64,000 nt of DNA from NCBI GenBank assembly GCA_038087875.1, contig CM075996.1, forward strand, positions 2,482,001 through 2,546,000, read 5' to 3'. Shown one piece after another: positions 1 through 13,017 of this stretch (positions are counted from its first letter, which is position 1; every line of letters begins with the position of its first letter). This stretch comes from Malacoraja senta (Eukaryota). The position numbers were made by a program, and so were the translations under genes. Below the pieces are notes generated by a model. That model was not told where the DNA came from, did no database searches, and saw only the letters and a program-made list of their open reading frames with translations.

Positions 1-452
1 TACACGTCCTTGCAATCTGAGTGGATGAGAGCGGAACCTGAGGGAGCATGAACATTGTCATCACACCTTTGTGGTAAATGAAGTCATTTATATTGGGGAG
101 TAACAAGATGGTCAGACAATCTTGTTCTCTACAGCTACACTGATAAAATCCCCAGGAATGCAAGGCTTGTCCAGCGCCAGAGTTAAGGGCAGCTTTTTGA
201 GACTGTATCAGAGGGAGGAGTGAAAGACCCAGTTGTCCACTTGTGAAACGGCAACACAGGTAGAAGAAAGGCAGAGTAAAAGCAGCTATGGTTTAAATAA
301 AAAAACAGAACTGTATTGGATTGAGCATGAGCCGCACCAAACTGGCTCAGGGTGAAGAACAGCCAGGGTGTGAAAGTGTGCCTCAAAGATTGGCCTGGGG
401 GAAGAAAAGCTGTAGATTCAGAAACCAGAAATGAAAACACCAAATACCTGAA

Positions 453-648
453 GGTAGATAAAAATGCTGGTGAAACTCAGCGGGTGAGGCAGCATCAATG
501 GAGCGAAGGAATAAGTGACGTTTCGGGTCTGAAGAAGGGTCTCGAAACATCATCTATTCCTTCGCTCCATTGATGCTGCCTCACCCGCTGAGTTTGTCCA
601 GCATTTTTATCTACCTTCGATCTTTCCAGCATCTGCAGTTCCTTCTTA
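453..648. mobile_element. Fold-back (inverted-arm) short Penelope-derived element
   Basis: Two inverted copies of the PLE 3' terminal sequence. Flanked by ACCAAAT(A/G)CCTGAA at 439-452 and 649-662. Confidence 0.85.
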
Positions 649-1062
649 ACCAAATGCCTGAAATACTCAGCAGGTCCGATGACCGATTATCAACCTTAAA
701 ATTTAACTCCATCTCAAATGCTTCCTGAGCTGAATAATTTCAGCATTTTCCATTTATATTTTTGCTGTGCTGGGGACTCCAGTGCTGGAAAAGGGCTGTT
801 CCATTGGGGTGGGCTTTGTGTGTCAGGGTTGGGGGGGGGGGGGGGTAGTGTCTTAGCGAAATGAATGATTGTGGCTGTGGATAAAAGTTTTAAATGGGAA
901 GTGGTAAAGGGTTATCTCAATGGGAAATTAGAAAATTAAAAAGAAGGCGTATAAGTTAGCAAAGTGGAAATTGGTAACTAAAGTATTTTGGCAAAGGGCA
1001 CCAGGGATAAATAGTAAAGAGGCAAAACATGATTTTTTTTTTTTTCAAATGCATGTGGCGTT

Positions 1063-1184
1063 CTTCCTCTTCTTGCGTATGGCGTGCACAGCCTAAAGTT
1101 GTAGGACAACTTGTTCGATTTGATCTTATTTGATTGTGCACACCGGGTTGATTGCATTCGTCGAAAGTTGCAATCTCCCACCCC
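1063..1184 (-). mobile_element. ~120-bp non-autonomous retroelement with (GAA) tail, possibly Ingi/Vingi-dependent
   Basis: Minus strand starts GGGGTGGGAGATTGCA and ends CATACGCAAGAAGAGGAAG. TSD CATGTGGC(G/A)TT at 1052-1062 and 1185-1195. Confidence 0.7.
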
Positions 1185-1429
1185 CATGTGGCATTGATAC
1201 TGAGGTACAGGTCCTCCCCAGTTACAGCCAGATCCCGTCCTGTGAACTATTCGTAACCCGGGCAGTTTCCAAGTGGGAAATGCTGCTGCAAATTGAGCTC
1301 CCGTGCGGCAGAAGACTTCTGCGACCAAACAACAGCTAACGAATCGATACCGTCGGCCTACCAAGCACTCAGACATCTGCGTAGCTGTCAACACGTCGGG
1401 GATTCATAAGCTGCTGAAGTCTTGCAGAT

Positions 1430-2030
1430 GAATATAGATAGAGTTTATTACGCTGTGACTATAAGTTGCTGCAAAAAAGTAGAAATCACTGGATATTGCG
1501 CAATAGAGGCAAGATTGGAAATACGAGCTCCGATAATAACGAATGGAATAAAGGCAGGAGTGAAAAAGGATCTTAGCTTGGAAATAGAAGTAGGATCGGT
1601 TGAATGGAGCAGCAAGAACTCCAAATTGAGTTTGATACTGGGGTTTGGTTTGAAACAATGCCAATGTAAGGCACAGCATAAATTCTGAAAATTAGAGGTG
1701 AATGTAGTGAGGATAAAACAACATCAGGAGATTTAATTTACTCATACCAACCAAACCGTACAAACCAAATTAAATATAATATGAGGAGAATGGATTTGTC
1801 GAATGCATTAGATATGTTTTTTCTAGATCGGTAAACTCATCCTGAGAACAAACATTTTTCCTTTGAATGGGTTCTTTGTTAAGGAGTTTTAGGGAAAAGT
1901 GATGACAATATGGTAGAATTTCATAAACATTGAAACCAGAATCTCAAATGTAAACAGAATATAATGGTACAAAGAATTGCCAATGGTCAATTGGGAAATT
2001 GTATATAAATGTCAGTAAACAAGTAGTGGT
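1430..2030 (+). mobile_element. Highly decayed CR1-like ORF2 (endonuclease region) remnant
   Basis: Traces of GDFN (ggagatttaat) and LGKSD-NMVEF (ttagggaaaagtgatgacaatatggtagaattt). Appears to resume at ~4700-5230. Confidence 0.5.
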
Positions 2031-2063
2031 TAACCTTTGAAGGATGAATATATAGTTTACAAC

Positions 2064-3578
2064 AAAAGGTAGATATAAATGCTGGAGAAACTCAGCGGGT
2101 GCAGCAGCATCTATGGAGCGAAGGAAATAGGCAACGTTTCGGGCCGAAACCCTTCTTCAGACTGATAGGGGGTCGGGAGAAGAAAGGAAAAAATACGGAG
2201 GAGGAGCCCGAGGGCTGGGGGATGGGAGGAGACAACCAGAGGGCTGATGAAGGGGAGGGGACAGCAAGGGCTAGCAGAGTTGGGAGAATTCAATGTTCAT
2301 GCCCCCAGGATGTAGACTGCCCAAGCGGAATATGAGGTGCATTTCCTCCAATTTCTGGTGTTGCTCGCTGTGGCCATGGAGGAGACCCAGGACAGAGAGG
2401 TCAGATACGGAATGGGAGGGGGAGTTGAAGCGCTGAGCCACCGGGAGGTCAGGTTGGTTATTGCGGACCGACCGGAGGTGTTCGGCGAAACGATCGCCAA
2501 GCCTCCGCTTGGTCTCACCGATGTAGATCAGCTGGCATCTAGAGCAGCGGATGCAATACATGAGGTTCGAGGAGATGCAGGTGAACCTCTGTCGCACCTG
2601 GAACGACTGCTTAGGTCCTTGAATGGAGTCGAGGGGGGAGGTGAAGGGACAAGTGTTGCATCTCTTGCGATTGCAAGGGAAAGTACCCGGGGAGGGGGTG
2701 GTACGGGAGGGAAGGGAAGAATTGACAAGGGAGTTACGGAGGGAGTGGTCTTTGCGGAAGGCAGACATGGGGGGAGATGGGAATATGTGGCGAGTGGTGG
2801 GATCACGTTGGAGGTGGCGAAACTGACGGACGATCACTTGTTGTATGTGACGGCTGGTGGGTGAAAGGTGAGGACTAGGGGGACTCTGCCCTTGTTGTGA
2901 GTGGGGGAATGGGGAGAGAGAGCAGTGTTGCGGGGTATGGCAGAGACCCTGGTGCGAGCCTCATCTATGGTGGAGGAGGGGAACCCCCGTTCCCTGAAGA
3001 ATGAGGACATTTCGGATGCCCTGGTGTGGAACGCCTCATCCTGGGAGCAGGTGCGGCGTAGACGGAGGAATTGGGAGTGGGGGATAGAGTCCTTACAGGA
3101 AGCAGGGTGGGAAGAAGTGTAGTCCAGATAGCCACGGGAGTCGGTAGGTTTGTAATGGATGTCGGTAAGAAGTCTATCACCTGCGATGGAGATAGTGAGG
3201 TCAAGGAATGGTAGGGAAGTGTCGGAAATGGTCCAGGTGTATTTGAGTGCCGGATGGAAGTTGGTGGTGAAGCGGATGAAGTCAGTCAGTTGTGTGTGGG
3301 TGCAGGACGTGGCACCAAAACAGTCATCGATGCAGCGGAGGTCGGGGATGGGGCCCAGGTACGTATTGAACAAGGATTGTTCTACGTACCCGACAAAGAG
3401 GCAGGCGTAGCTGGGGCCCATGCGTGTGCCCATAGCTACGCCTTGTATTTGGAGGAAATAGGAGGAGTCAAATGAGAAGTTATTGAGGTAAGGACCAGCT
3501 CCGCTAGGCAGAGGAGGGTGTCAGTGGCCGGGTATAGGTTGCTTCTCTGGTTGAGGAAAAACCGGAGGGCTTTGACTA
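2064..3578 (-). mobile_element. 5'-truncated Penelope-like element (RT C-half plus GIY-YIG endonuclease), decayed
   Basis: ORF 2834-3433 has MGTRMGPSYACLF, RCIDD and LPFLD (PLE RT). ORF 2271-2837 has CNRKRCNTC and YCIRC..C..IYIGETKRRLGDRFAEH (GIY-YIG). A single frameshift at ~2860 separates them. TSD AGTTTACAAC at 2054-2063 and 3579-3588. Confidence 0.92.
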
Positions 3579-3744
3579 AGTTTACAACTAAGTTGTGCAG
3601 GAAGGGACTGCAGATGTTGGTTTAAACCGAAGATACACAAAATGCTTGAGTAACTCAGCGGGCAGGCAGCATCTCTGGAGAGAAGGAATGGGTGACGTTT
3701 CGGGTCGAGACCCTTCAGGCTGAATAGCCTAATTCTACTCCTAT

Positions 3745-4074
3745 AAGCCCTGTCTCACGGTACGAGTTCATTCCAAGAGCTCTCCAGAGTTTAAAAAAAA
3801 TCAAACTCGTGGTAAGCACGGAGAATGAACGTAGCGGGTACGTCGGAGCTCGAGGACGTCTCTTAGCGGCTCGTAACGCTAACGGCAGGTACTTGGGAAG
3901 ACTCGCTAACGGCAGGTAAGCACGGGAAGACTCGTGAAGATTTTTCAACACGTTGAAAAATGTCCACGAGAGCCCCGAGTACTGACGAGTGGCCATTGCC
4001 GTAAATCTCCAAGTTCGAATCAGGGCAAACTCGGGATAACTCTTGGAATGAACTCGTACCGTGAGACAGGGCTT
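3745..4074. mobile_element. MITE with terminal inverted repeats (Harbinger-like)
   Basis: AAGCCCTGTCTCACGGTACGAGTTCATTCCAAGAG and its exact reverse complement at the other end. Confidence 0.8.
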
Positions 4075-5567
4075 TTAGTCTCATAGTCTAATCTAGCAGT
4101 TATGAATACCGCCCAACCAAATGTTAATAATTTTTGGAACTTCAACCATGTTATTGGAGATAATGTCCCTCACTCTGGCCAACAAAAATTATTACTGATA
4201 GACACAAAATGCTGGAGTTACTATCCCAGTCTGAAGAAGGGTCTAGATCTGAAAAGTCACTCATTCCTTCTCTCCAGAGATGCTGCCTGTCCTGCTGAGT
4301 AATTCCAGCATTTTGTGTCTATCTTCGGTTACAGCAAAGTTATACTAATTTAACCAACAGAAGAAATGATCTGGCTATGGCAAACAATGAAAGTATTAAA
4401 ATGTCCTAAAAAGGAACTACAGTTGCTGGTTTCAACCAAAGATAGACACAAAATGCTGGAGTATCTCAACAGGTCAGGAGTATCTCTGGAGGAAATGGAC
4501 AGGTGACGACCCTACTTTAGACTGATTGTAGTGGGGTGGGATTGGAGGTGGGGTCGGGACAGCATGCGAGGGGCGAAAAACAGGACAAATCGGGTCGGGC
4601 AGATGACCTCGGGCAAGGAGGTTCCCTGATAGGCTGATTGTTGGCAAGAGGCTGTGTGAGCCCAAGATAAAATCAGTATTAGATCAAAAGATTTTTTTTT
4701 TTTTACATTGCCAAAATGTGCAGTAAATCTGAGGATTACTGGATTTCAGGCCACAGTAAAGAGAGGGTAAAAGATTGATAAGGGAAAGTGGAATGTGAGT
4801 AATCTAGTGGGAAACATAAAGACCATGAAAGCTTCAAAATGTGAAAAGGAAAGATTAGCTAAAGTTGATGCAAATTCATTCAGGAAGGTTTATTGATGAA
4901 TAAAGATATGGCAGAAAAATCAAATAAATAATTTATAACCAGTCTTCAATGAAGCTAAAATAAGGTGGTAAAATAAATTAGCATTTTTTAAAATTTATTT
5001 TGGTCCAATTAATTTCTCCAATTAAATCTCAAGACCTGATAACTTGTATCCCAAGGTTCTGAAAAAGCTATCTTCAGAAATACAGAATGCACTGAAAATC
5101 AATTTCCGAAACTATTATTCAAGTACAAAGTTAGCAAATATAATCTCGCTATTTGAGAAGAATGTGGAGAGAAAACTAGAAGCTGCCAGTTTATGGAGTG
5201 TTAACAGTTTTAAGTGGTGGCTATGCTTTGACTTCGCAATGCTTTGATGAACCATGCTAGGAATTATACTTTAAAAATATAGTTGAGATGGAAACTCGAG
5301 ATCCTAAAGGCAATATGTCTAGGGTGCTTATTGTTTTCAATGTGGCCGAATCAATGGCATCTAGAAACCTATGTTAATGCAAAGTGAAATAAAGACTGGT
5401 TATAGATTAAGCCAGAGTATTGCTTCAGAACTATGAAGAGAAAATGAGATGGAAAGGTGTTGGTCAAATTGGATTATTGTTACGTGCACCAAATTGCTGC
5501 CAAAAAATATTTTTTTGTGTACTATGTGGTCAAATCATGCCATACATGAGTGCAATCCAATAGGCAT

Positions 5568-5983
5568 AGACAATAGGTGCAGGAGTAGGCCATTTGGCCC
5601 TTCAAGCCAGCACCGCCATTCAATGTGATCATGGCTGATCATCCCCAATCAGTACCCTGTTCCTGCCTTCTCCCCATATTCCTTGAATCCGCTATCTTTA
5701 AGAGCACCATCCAGCTCTCTCTTGAAAGTATCCAGAGAACCTGCCTCCACTGCCCTCTGAGGCAGAGAATTCCACAGATTCACCACTCTCTGTGAGAAAA
5801 AGTGTTTCCTCGTCTCCGTTCTAAATGGCTTACTCCTTATTCTTAAACTGTGGCCCCTGGTTCTGGAATCCCCCAACACCGGGAACATGTTTCCTGCCTC
5901 CAGCGTGTCCAAACCCTTAACAATCTTATATGTTTCAATAAGATCCCCTCTCATCCTTCTAAACTCCAGAGTGTACAAGCCCA
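5568..5983 (-). mobile_element. CR1 LINE 3' fragment
   Basis: GLYTLEFRRMRGDLIETYKI...TRGHSLR...FSQRVVNLWNSLP, followed by the cctattgtcta tail. Confidence 0.9.
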
Positions 5984-6509
5984 CTCCAATCCAATCATAC
6001 ACATGTATGACAAATAGTGCCACAGAGGAAAATAAATAGTGTGGAATATTGTGTTGCAGCGACGGAGAGAATGCAATTTAAAAACAAAAATGCAATGGCT
6101 GCTATGAGGTGTGTTGGATGATCGGGAATATACCCGTAGCTTGAGAGAGGTCCGTTGCATCGCCTGATAATAGTGGGGAGAAATGTTGTTTCTGAATCAA
6201 GTGGGACGTGCTTTCAAACATTTGCATCTTCTGCACAATGGGAGAGGGAGGAGGAGGAGAAAATGTCCATAAAACACGTGAGTAGAATTGGGCTGTTCAC
6301 ATCATCAAGTCTACTCTGAATGGACCTTGATTATGTGGGCCACTTTCCCTAGGCAGCATGAAGTGTAGATGGAGTCGGTTTGGGGAGGGGGAGGCGTGGA
6401 TTGTAAAAGATGTGACAGGAAAAGTGCCTCCTTCATAATGTGCAGTTAGAATAATCTAAATTGGAGTTAAATATTCAAAATTCACACTCCCTATATGAGA
6501 GTTAATATG

Positions 6510-6988
6510 GTCAAGAAGGAACTGCAGATGCTGGAAAATCGAAAGTAGACAAAAGTGCTGGAGAAACTCAGCGGGTGCGGCAGCATCTATGGAGCAAAGG
6601 AAATAGGAAACGTTTCGGGCCGAAACCCTTCTTCAGACTGGTGGGGGGGGGGTGTTGGGAAGAAGAAAGGAAGAGGAGGTGCCAGAGGGCTGAGGGAGAG
6701 CTGTGAAGGGGAGGAGACAGCAAGGGCTACCTGGAAATTGGAGAAGTCAATGTTCATGCCGTTGGGGTGTAAACTGCCCAAGCGGAATATGAGGTGCTGC
6801 TCCTCCAATTTCCAGTGGTGCTCACTCTGGCCATGGAGGAGGCCCAGGACAGAAAGGTCGGATTCGGAATGGGAGGGGGAGTTTAGGTGCTGAGCCACCG
6901 GGAGATCAGGTTGGTTATTGCGGACCGAGTGGAGGTGTTTGGCGAAACGATCGCCAAGCCTACGCTTGGTCTCACCTATGTAGAGTGG
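6510..6988 (-). mobile_element. Penelope-like element 3' fragment
   Basis: GIY-YIG C-terminus (KLEEQHLIFRLGSLHPNGMN) plus terminal repeat. TSD GAGAGTTAATATG at 6497-6509 and 6989-7001. Confidence 0.9.
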
Positions 6989-8334
6989 GAGAGTTAATAT
7001 GTTAGGAGCATCCCGTTGAATGGAATCTGACCTCTTTTGTTAATCAGCTGCAGAAACCATTGGGATTAGAGGTGGGAACCATGTGGTTGCCGTTCTATCT
7101 AGGGATTTGTGGTTGGGTAAGGGTGTGGTATGGTGGTAGTAGGAATATATTTGCCTGAGTAGCCGAAAAAATCTGGTTGCTAGTATATGTGACATTCACA
7201 AATGCGTTATGCTCGCGCTATGGTTACTATAGTCAAATTTCATCAAGCTCATGATGCCAAAATCCTGTTAATAAGCCTGGATTAATTGGTTTCAACCTGT
7301 GGTGAAAACTTTCACCCTCCCCATAACTGCCCATACTGACCCAGCTAAATTGACTTTAAACAGCCGTTCTGCCGTGAGGAAATGTTTTTTTAATTTCTGT
7401 CCTAGAGCCAGTGTTCCCAAGTCTCATAGAATTACATACGGTGCATGACACAGAAATGAACCATTCAGCCGGACCAGTCTTATTGGCATTTATGTTTTAC
7501 TTCAGCTGCTTCCTGTCTTTCTGCATTGAAATCTTTCAGCATAATACTCCTTAATTAGTTTATTCATCCTCCCTCTTAAATGCATCCAGACTTTGCTTCC
7601 CTGTGGTAGCAGGTTGTACATTCTCATGTCTCTTGTACAAATCGAGTGCGACGCCCCACTTTGGATTCCCCTTGAAATGAGAGCATTTCCTTGCTTAGCT
7701 GCATCACCGGAGAGAGGCAGTCAGTCTTGCAGAGACTTGTATGTGATATCTACTTCCTCTTTGTTAAGAATGTTGTGCTGTCACTTCCCCTGCTTTATCC
7801 TTGTGCTTCCAGTTCGGAGGCTGTATTCTGCACCATCAACCCTCCTCCACGATGTTCTGTACTTTGCATTTTTTGTTGTGCCATTCCAAATGGGAGCATG
7901 AAAAGATTTTCGTATCCAAAATTGCGTCAGTCATGATTGTGCTTTCTTCTTCCTCCCTTCTTGCCGATTTGCTTCCATGATCATTTCCTGTTCTCTCATT
8001 CAAAATCTGACGTTATTACCTAAACCCTGGGGCCTTTATCTGCTCCCCCTGTTCCTTCCGGCTCATGTTTCCGTTCTGAGTGTGGTTGGTGACATTATCA
8101 GCTGTCTTTGATAAAATCTCTACCACCATAAAAATACAACAATTCAAAATAATCGTGAACCTTGCTCTCTTAATGCTCTATATAATCTGCCTTTTCTACA
8201 CTTTAGCACAATTGTTGCTCGGCACCGTCATGCCATTGGCCCCTGAAAGATTTTCTTCCTCTTGTGGCTGCAAATATGTGATCTTTCATTTTCAATTTAA
8301 AGATTAAATATTAAAAAGCAATAACTGCGACAGC

Positions 8335-8575
8335 TGGCACAGTGGTGCAGCGGTAGAGTTACTTCCTTACAGCACCAGAGACCTGGGTTCGATCGTGACT
8401 AAGGATGCTGTCTGTACGTTCTCCCTGTGACCAGTGTGCTCTGGTTTCCTCCCACTCTCCAAAAACGTACCAGTTTGTAGGTTAATTGGCTAGTAAATTG
8501 TACATTTTCCCTCGTGGGCGCTGGTCAGCGCGGACTCAAGGGCCTGTTTCCACACCCTATCTGGAAAGTCGAAAG
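8335..8575 (+). mobile_element. tRNA-derived V-SINE (HE1-like), decayed
   Basis: A box TGGTGCAGCGG, B box GGGTTCGATC, V-domain-like ggtttcctccca, and gggcctgtttcc tail. Confidence 0.8.
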
Positions 8576-9421
8576 TTAAGGCTGTATTGACTGGATGTGG
8601 AAGCTTGGAGTTTGCCCACGTCTCGCTGTCACCCAGCTTGCCTTCCTGCTCCATCTTGAAACCAAGACATACTCGGCTCCAACTGTTCTTTCCAACTCTA
8701 AGATGAATTAAAATTTCCAGTTCAAGGTCGGAACTCCAGCCCTAACAACCCCCCCTATACGTCTTTCCACTTGATCTAAAGCTCTGATCCCCTCTCAGCA
8801 AAGTTCACTAATACAAAGCCCGGAGTTGTCCTCCTGTTGAGTCTTTATAGTCGTACAGCACAGTAACAGCTTGCTGCACACTGACCATTCTCACCATATT
8901 CTCCTCAGCTCTCCCCACGTTCACCCACTCATCTGCACACTAGGGGCAATTTACCTAGCTGGGAGGAAACTGCAGCACCCAAATGGAACCTATGTAGTCA
9001 CAGGGAGTGGATGCGAATTCCTTGCAGGCCAGGATTCAACCTGGGTCGCAGGAAATGCAGGGTCCATGAGTTGCACCACTGTGTCTGGATAGTGGCACAA
9101 CCTGCTGTGTTGCCTGCATGGTGCTGTCTGTTCCATCCTTACCATGTTGAAACCTCAGTGTCTAAACTTTCCTCTACCACATTGTGGGCATGGCTCTTAA
9201 TTCAGGATGACAGAAATATATTGTAGTTTTCTGAAATGCTATCCAGCTATAATTATTGATAATTTGGAGCATAATCCCCATGCCGTGTCGATTTTCATCA
9301 CCAATTTAAACCCCTGAGATGCCTTCAGCCCTATTCCTGCTTGAAATTGGTTGTTCATTGGCTTAATTTCCATGTTTCTGCATTTCAACTGGGTTATCTC
9401 TGACTATGATTCATATTGATG

Positions 9422-9645
9422 TTTAAGAAAGAGCTGCAGATGCTGGAAAAATCGAAGGTAGACAAAAATGCTGGAGAAACTCAGCGGGTGAGGCAGCATC
9501 TATGGAGAGAAGGAATAGGTGACGTTGTGGGTCATTGTGCACTACACAGTCTGAAGAAGGGTGTCGACCCGAAACGTCGCCTATTCCTTCGCTTCATAGA
9601 TGCTGCCTCACCCGCTGAGTTTTTCCAGCTTTTTTGTCTACCTTT
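9422..9645. mobile_element. Fold-back short Penelope-derived element
   Basis: Inverted arms. Intact core CTGAAGAAGGGTGTCGACCCGAAACGTC at 9551-9578. Confidence 0.85.
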
Positions 9646-10393
9646 GATTTTGAAATGTTCAGCAGCATTAGTTGCTGTTGTGGATATGATAATCAGTAAC
9701 TCCTGCTTGACTTGGTGTTTTCTGCAATGTTACTGGGATAGAAGGTACAAATGGGCTGAAAAGTTTGGTTGAAGTACATGAGCCGGTGTTATTTGGAGTG
9801 GGTGGCTGAGGTTGTAAAGTAGCTCAAAACATTTTCAAAGCAGGATGTGGGAGAGAGTTTAAAAAGGTGACAGAATGAAGATGCTGAACAAATGTATGCA
9901 CCAAGTTAAGCTTAATGTTGGTAACATTTCTGGATATTTTGCATGCTGCTAACTTCGGTTAAATTGCAATGCTCTGCAAAAAATTGAATACAAAATGTGA
10001 TTGAGTTAACAGTAAAGAGTAAAATGATTGTAACAAAATGGCTTCCAAAGATTTTCCTATTCATTGGCTTTAAGGAAAGTTAAATGATTTGCGTGTTGTC
10101 TGCACCATCACGAAACTATTTGAATGAGTTTTCCTTCCAAGCTTGTGGTTCAATCTTAGAACCCTGCCTAATATGGTTGAGGTTGAAGCAGTAGGGTTAG
10201 GCCTTGACTGGTCACATTTCTCCTAGACTCGTCAAATATCTACAGCTTATCTGTAGTTATGGTTGTCAAAGGCATTGCTTGCTTGAATACAGGGTGGAGG
10301 GAAAACATTCAGCAGCTCTGATTGCTGCAATTGATGGGAATAGGCTCAGGATGAAATTGGGATTTTAATTGCTGCTCTAGTTAATCTTCCTAA

Positions 10394-10878
10394 AGGGCCT
10401 GTCTCACGAGCATGCGACTGCATGCGGCTAGCGTGACCTAACGTGGTCGCGCTAGCCGTGCGGCCTCGCGGGGCCGGTCCCACTTCGATCGCCGGAGCCG
10501 CATGGAGCTGGTCTCGACATCGTGCGGGGCTCTGAAAAACTGACACTGTTCAAAAATTCCGCGCGGCAAAGGCCTGCCGGCCTTCTGCCGCATGGAGGCC
10601 GCACGCACCGCCTCAACGCCGTACGCAGCGTCTTGGCGGCGTAAGCCTAGTGCGTGGCGTTGCGCGATGACGTCACCGCCCGGCGTGCCGTTGCATGATG
10701 ACGTAACCGCCCGACGCCTCCTGCCCAGCTGATTGAGTTTGATGTCGGGACCAGCTCCGCAGAACTCCAGACGGCTCTGCGGTTGGAAGTGGGACCGGCC
10801 CCGCGAGGCCGTACGGCTCAAGCCACCACGTTTGGTCGCGCTAGACGCATGCAGTCGCATGCTGGTGGGACAGGCCCT
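10394..10878. mobile_element. GC-rich palindromic MITE (PIF/Harbinger-like)
   Basis: TIR AGGGCCTGTC(T/C)CAC, long imperfect inverted arms, TAA/TTA flanks. Confidence 0.82.
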
Positions 10879-11380
10879 TTACTCTTTGCTCGGCTCACCT
10901 CCCGAATAATCAGTAGTGTGACATTTTGGGAGAAGAACATTGTTTCTATCTTAATGCTCCAATAACTCACTGGGTCAGGCAGCATTTCTGGAGAACATCA
11001 ACTTTGTGAGATGTGGTTACAGGAGGAAAGATAACATGATGAAAAGGAGGATCAGAAAGGAAATTTGACAACGCAGCAAAGTTGCCAGTTTCTCTTCTCT
11101 TTTGCAGATGGTGTTTGAGACAATGCTAGACTGGGGTATTTGTGTTGGTAGTGCAAGTGTGGGTTTTGGAACATGTATGTGCTTGGTTATTAGTGTGAGT
11201 AGAATACCAACCAAATGACTCAACCAAATGTTTTAGAAAACTGCAGATTGACGTCACCTATTCCTTCGCTCCATAGATGCTGCCTCACCCGCTGAGTTTC
11301 TCCAGCATTTTTGTCAACCAAATGTTTCCGTATTTTGTGGCTCCGTCTAAAGCACCTTGTCTAATAGTGTTGGATTAACA

Positions 11381-11690
11381 AGCGGCATGGTGGTGCAGCG
11401 GTAGAGTTGTTGCCTTACAGTGCTTGCAGCACCGGAGACCCGGGTTCGATCCTGGCTACGGGTGCTTGTCTGTACGGAGTTTGTACGTTCTCCCCATAAC
11501 CTGCATGGGTTTTCTACGAGAACTTCGATTTCCTCCCACACTCCATAAGAAGTACAGGTTTGTAGGTTAATTGGCTTGGTATAAATGTAAAAATTGTCCC
11601 ATGTGTAGGATAGTGTTAATTTGTGGAGATCGCTGGTCGGTGTGGATGCGGTGGGCCAAAGGCCCTGTTTCCGCGCTGTAACTCTAAAAA
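11381..11690 (+). mobile_element. tRNA-derived V-SINE (HE1-like)
   Basis: A and B boxes, V-domain, CR1-like tail. Confidence 0.88.
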
Positions 11691-13017
11691 ATCAAAAATT
11701 GTATGGTTATCATATCCATTTGTTGAGTCTTCACTGAGGATAATTACAGATAGGTTACAGTTTACACATGACCAAGTCCATTTTTTTTTGAGGTAGAGAC
11801 AACGAACTGAAAATGCTAGAATCTTGAGGGAAGTACAAAATGCTCCAGTAACTTAGTGGGTCAGGCAGCATTTCTGGAGAACATAGATAGGTGATGTTTT
11901 GGGTTGGGACCCTTCCTCAGCGGGTTGGGACCTTCAACATCTGAAGAAGGGCCCTGATCTGAAACGTCACCTATCCATGTTCTGCAGAGATGCTGCCTGA
12001 CCTGCTGAGTTACTCCAACACTTTGCGTATTTTTCTGAGGTGTCTGATTGAGGTAAGAAATATTAAGCTAGATGTTCCTTTCCTCAATTAGATACATCAA
12101 AAAAAGTTATGAATCAAGGGGGCAGCTAGTTGAGCATAAGATGAGTGGATTCAAACTTGGGAATTGCAGGGACCAGAGGAATAGGGGGAGGAATGGGATG
12201 GGAGAAAGCAAGGGCTTAGGTTCCAGTCAATAAAACACAGTGCCACCAAACAGTAGTTCAAGGAATGGGTTGACGTTTGATCCACGAGGGACCCACTGAT
12301 GTCACACTTCTTTTACAACACACCACACCTAGTGAATGCCAGAAGAAAGGACAATATGTACATTGGCAGGTTTTCTTGGTCTCAGTTTTTATATGCTTTG
12401 TAGACGATCATGAGTATTTTATTGTGAAGGTCATCCTTCGTTCATTAGAAAAAATGGTAAGCATTGACATGTTCTGATGAGTTTATCTTTTCCATTGGGC
12501 AGATAAAAGTACTCCATAACCATAATATTGTTTTACTTACTGACCATCCCTAATGTGGTCAATGCTACAGGTGAGGGTTTGGCTTTGATAAGCAAATCGT
12601 TGGACAAAGGCCAGACATGAAAAGACAAAAAGTGGTGGCATAAGAATAGAAGTCTGAAGAAGGGTCCTGACATATAGCATCACCTATCCATGTTTCAAGA
12701 AATGCTGCCTGACCTGCTGAGTTGGTCCAGCACTTTGTGTCTTTTTTTGTAAACCGGCATCTGCAATTCCTTGCTTATACGTATGTTTATATATTTTAAG
12801 AGAGGAACTGTAGATAGACTCAAGGAGCTGGTGTAACTCAGCGTGACGGGCGGCATCTCTGGAGAGAAGGAATGGGTGAGAACCTCTTCAGACTGGTGGT
12901 TGACCAGAAACGTCACCCATTCCTTCTCTCCAGAGATGCTGCCTGTCCCACTGAGTTACTCCAGCATTTTGTGTCTATCTTTGGTTTAAACCAGCATCTG
13001 CAGTTCCTTCCAACACG

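Noticed and set aside
2337..3410. Plus-strand ORFs over the PLE
   Set aside because: Antisense shadows of the Penelope coding sequence.
10394..10878. CpG island or promoter of PPP6R1
   Set aside because: Bounded by TIRs shared with other MITEs. No promoter could be identified in the window.
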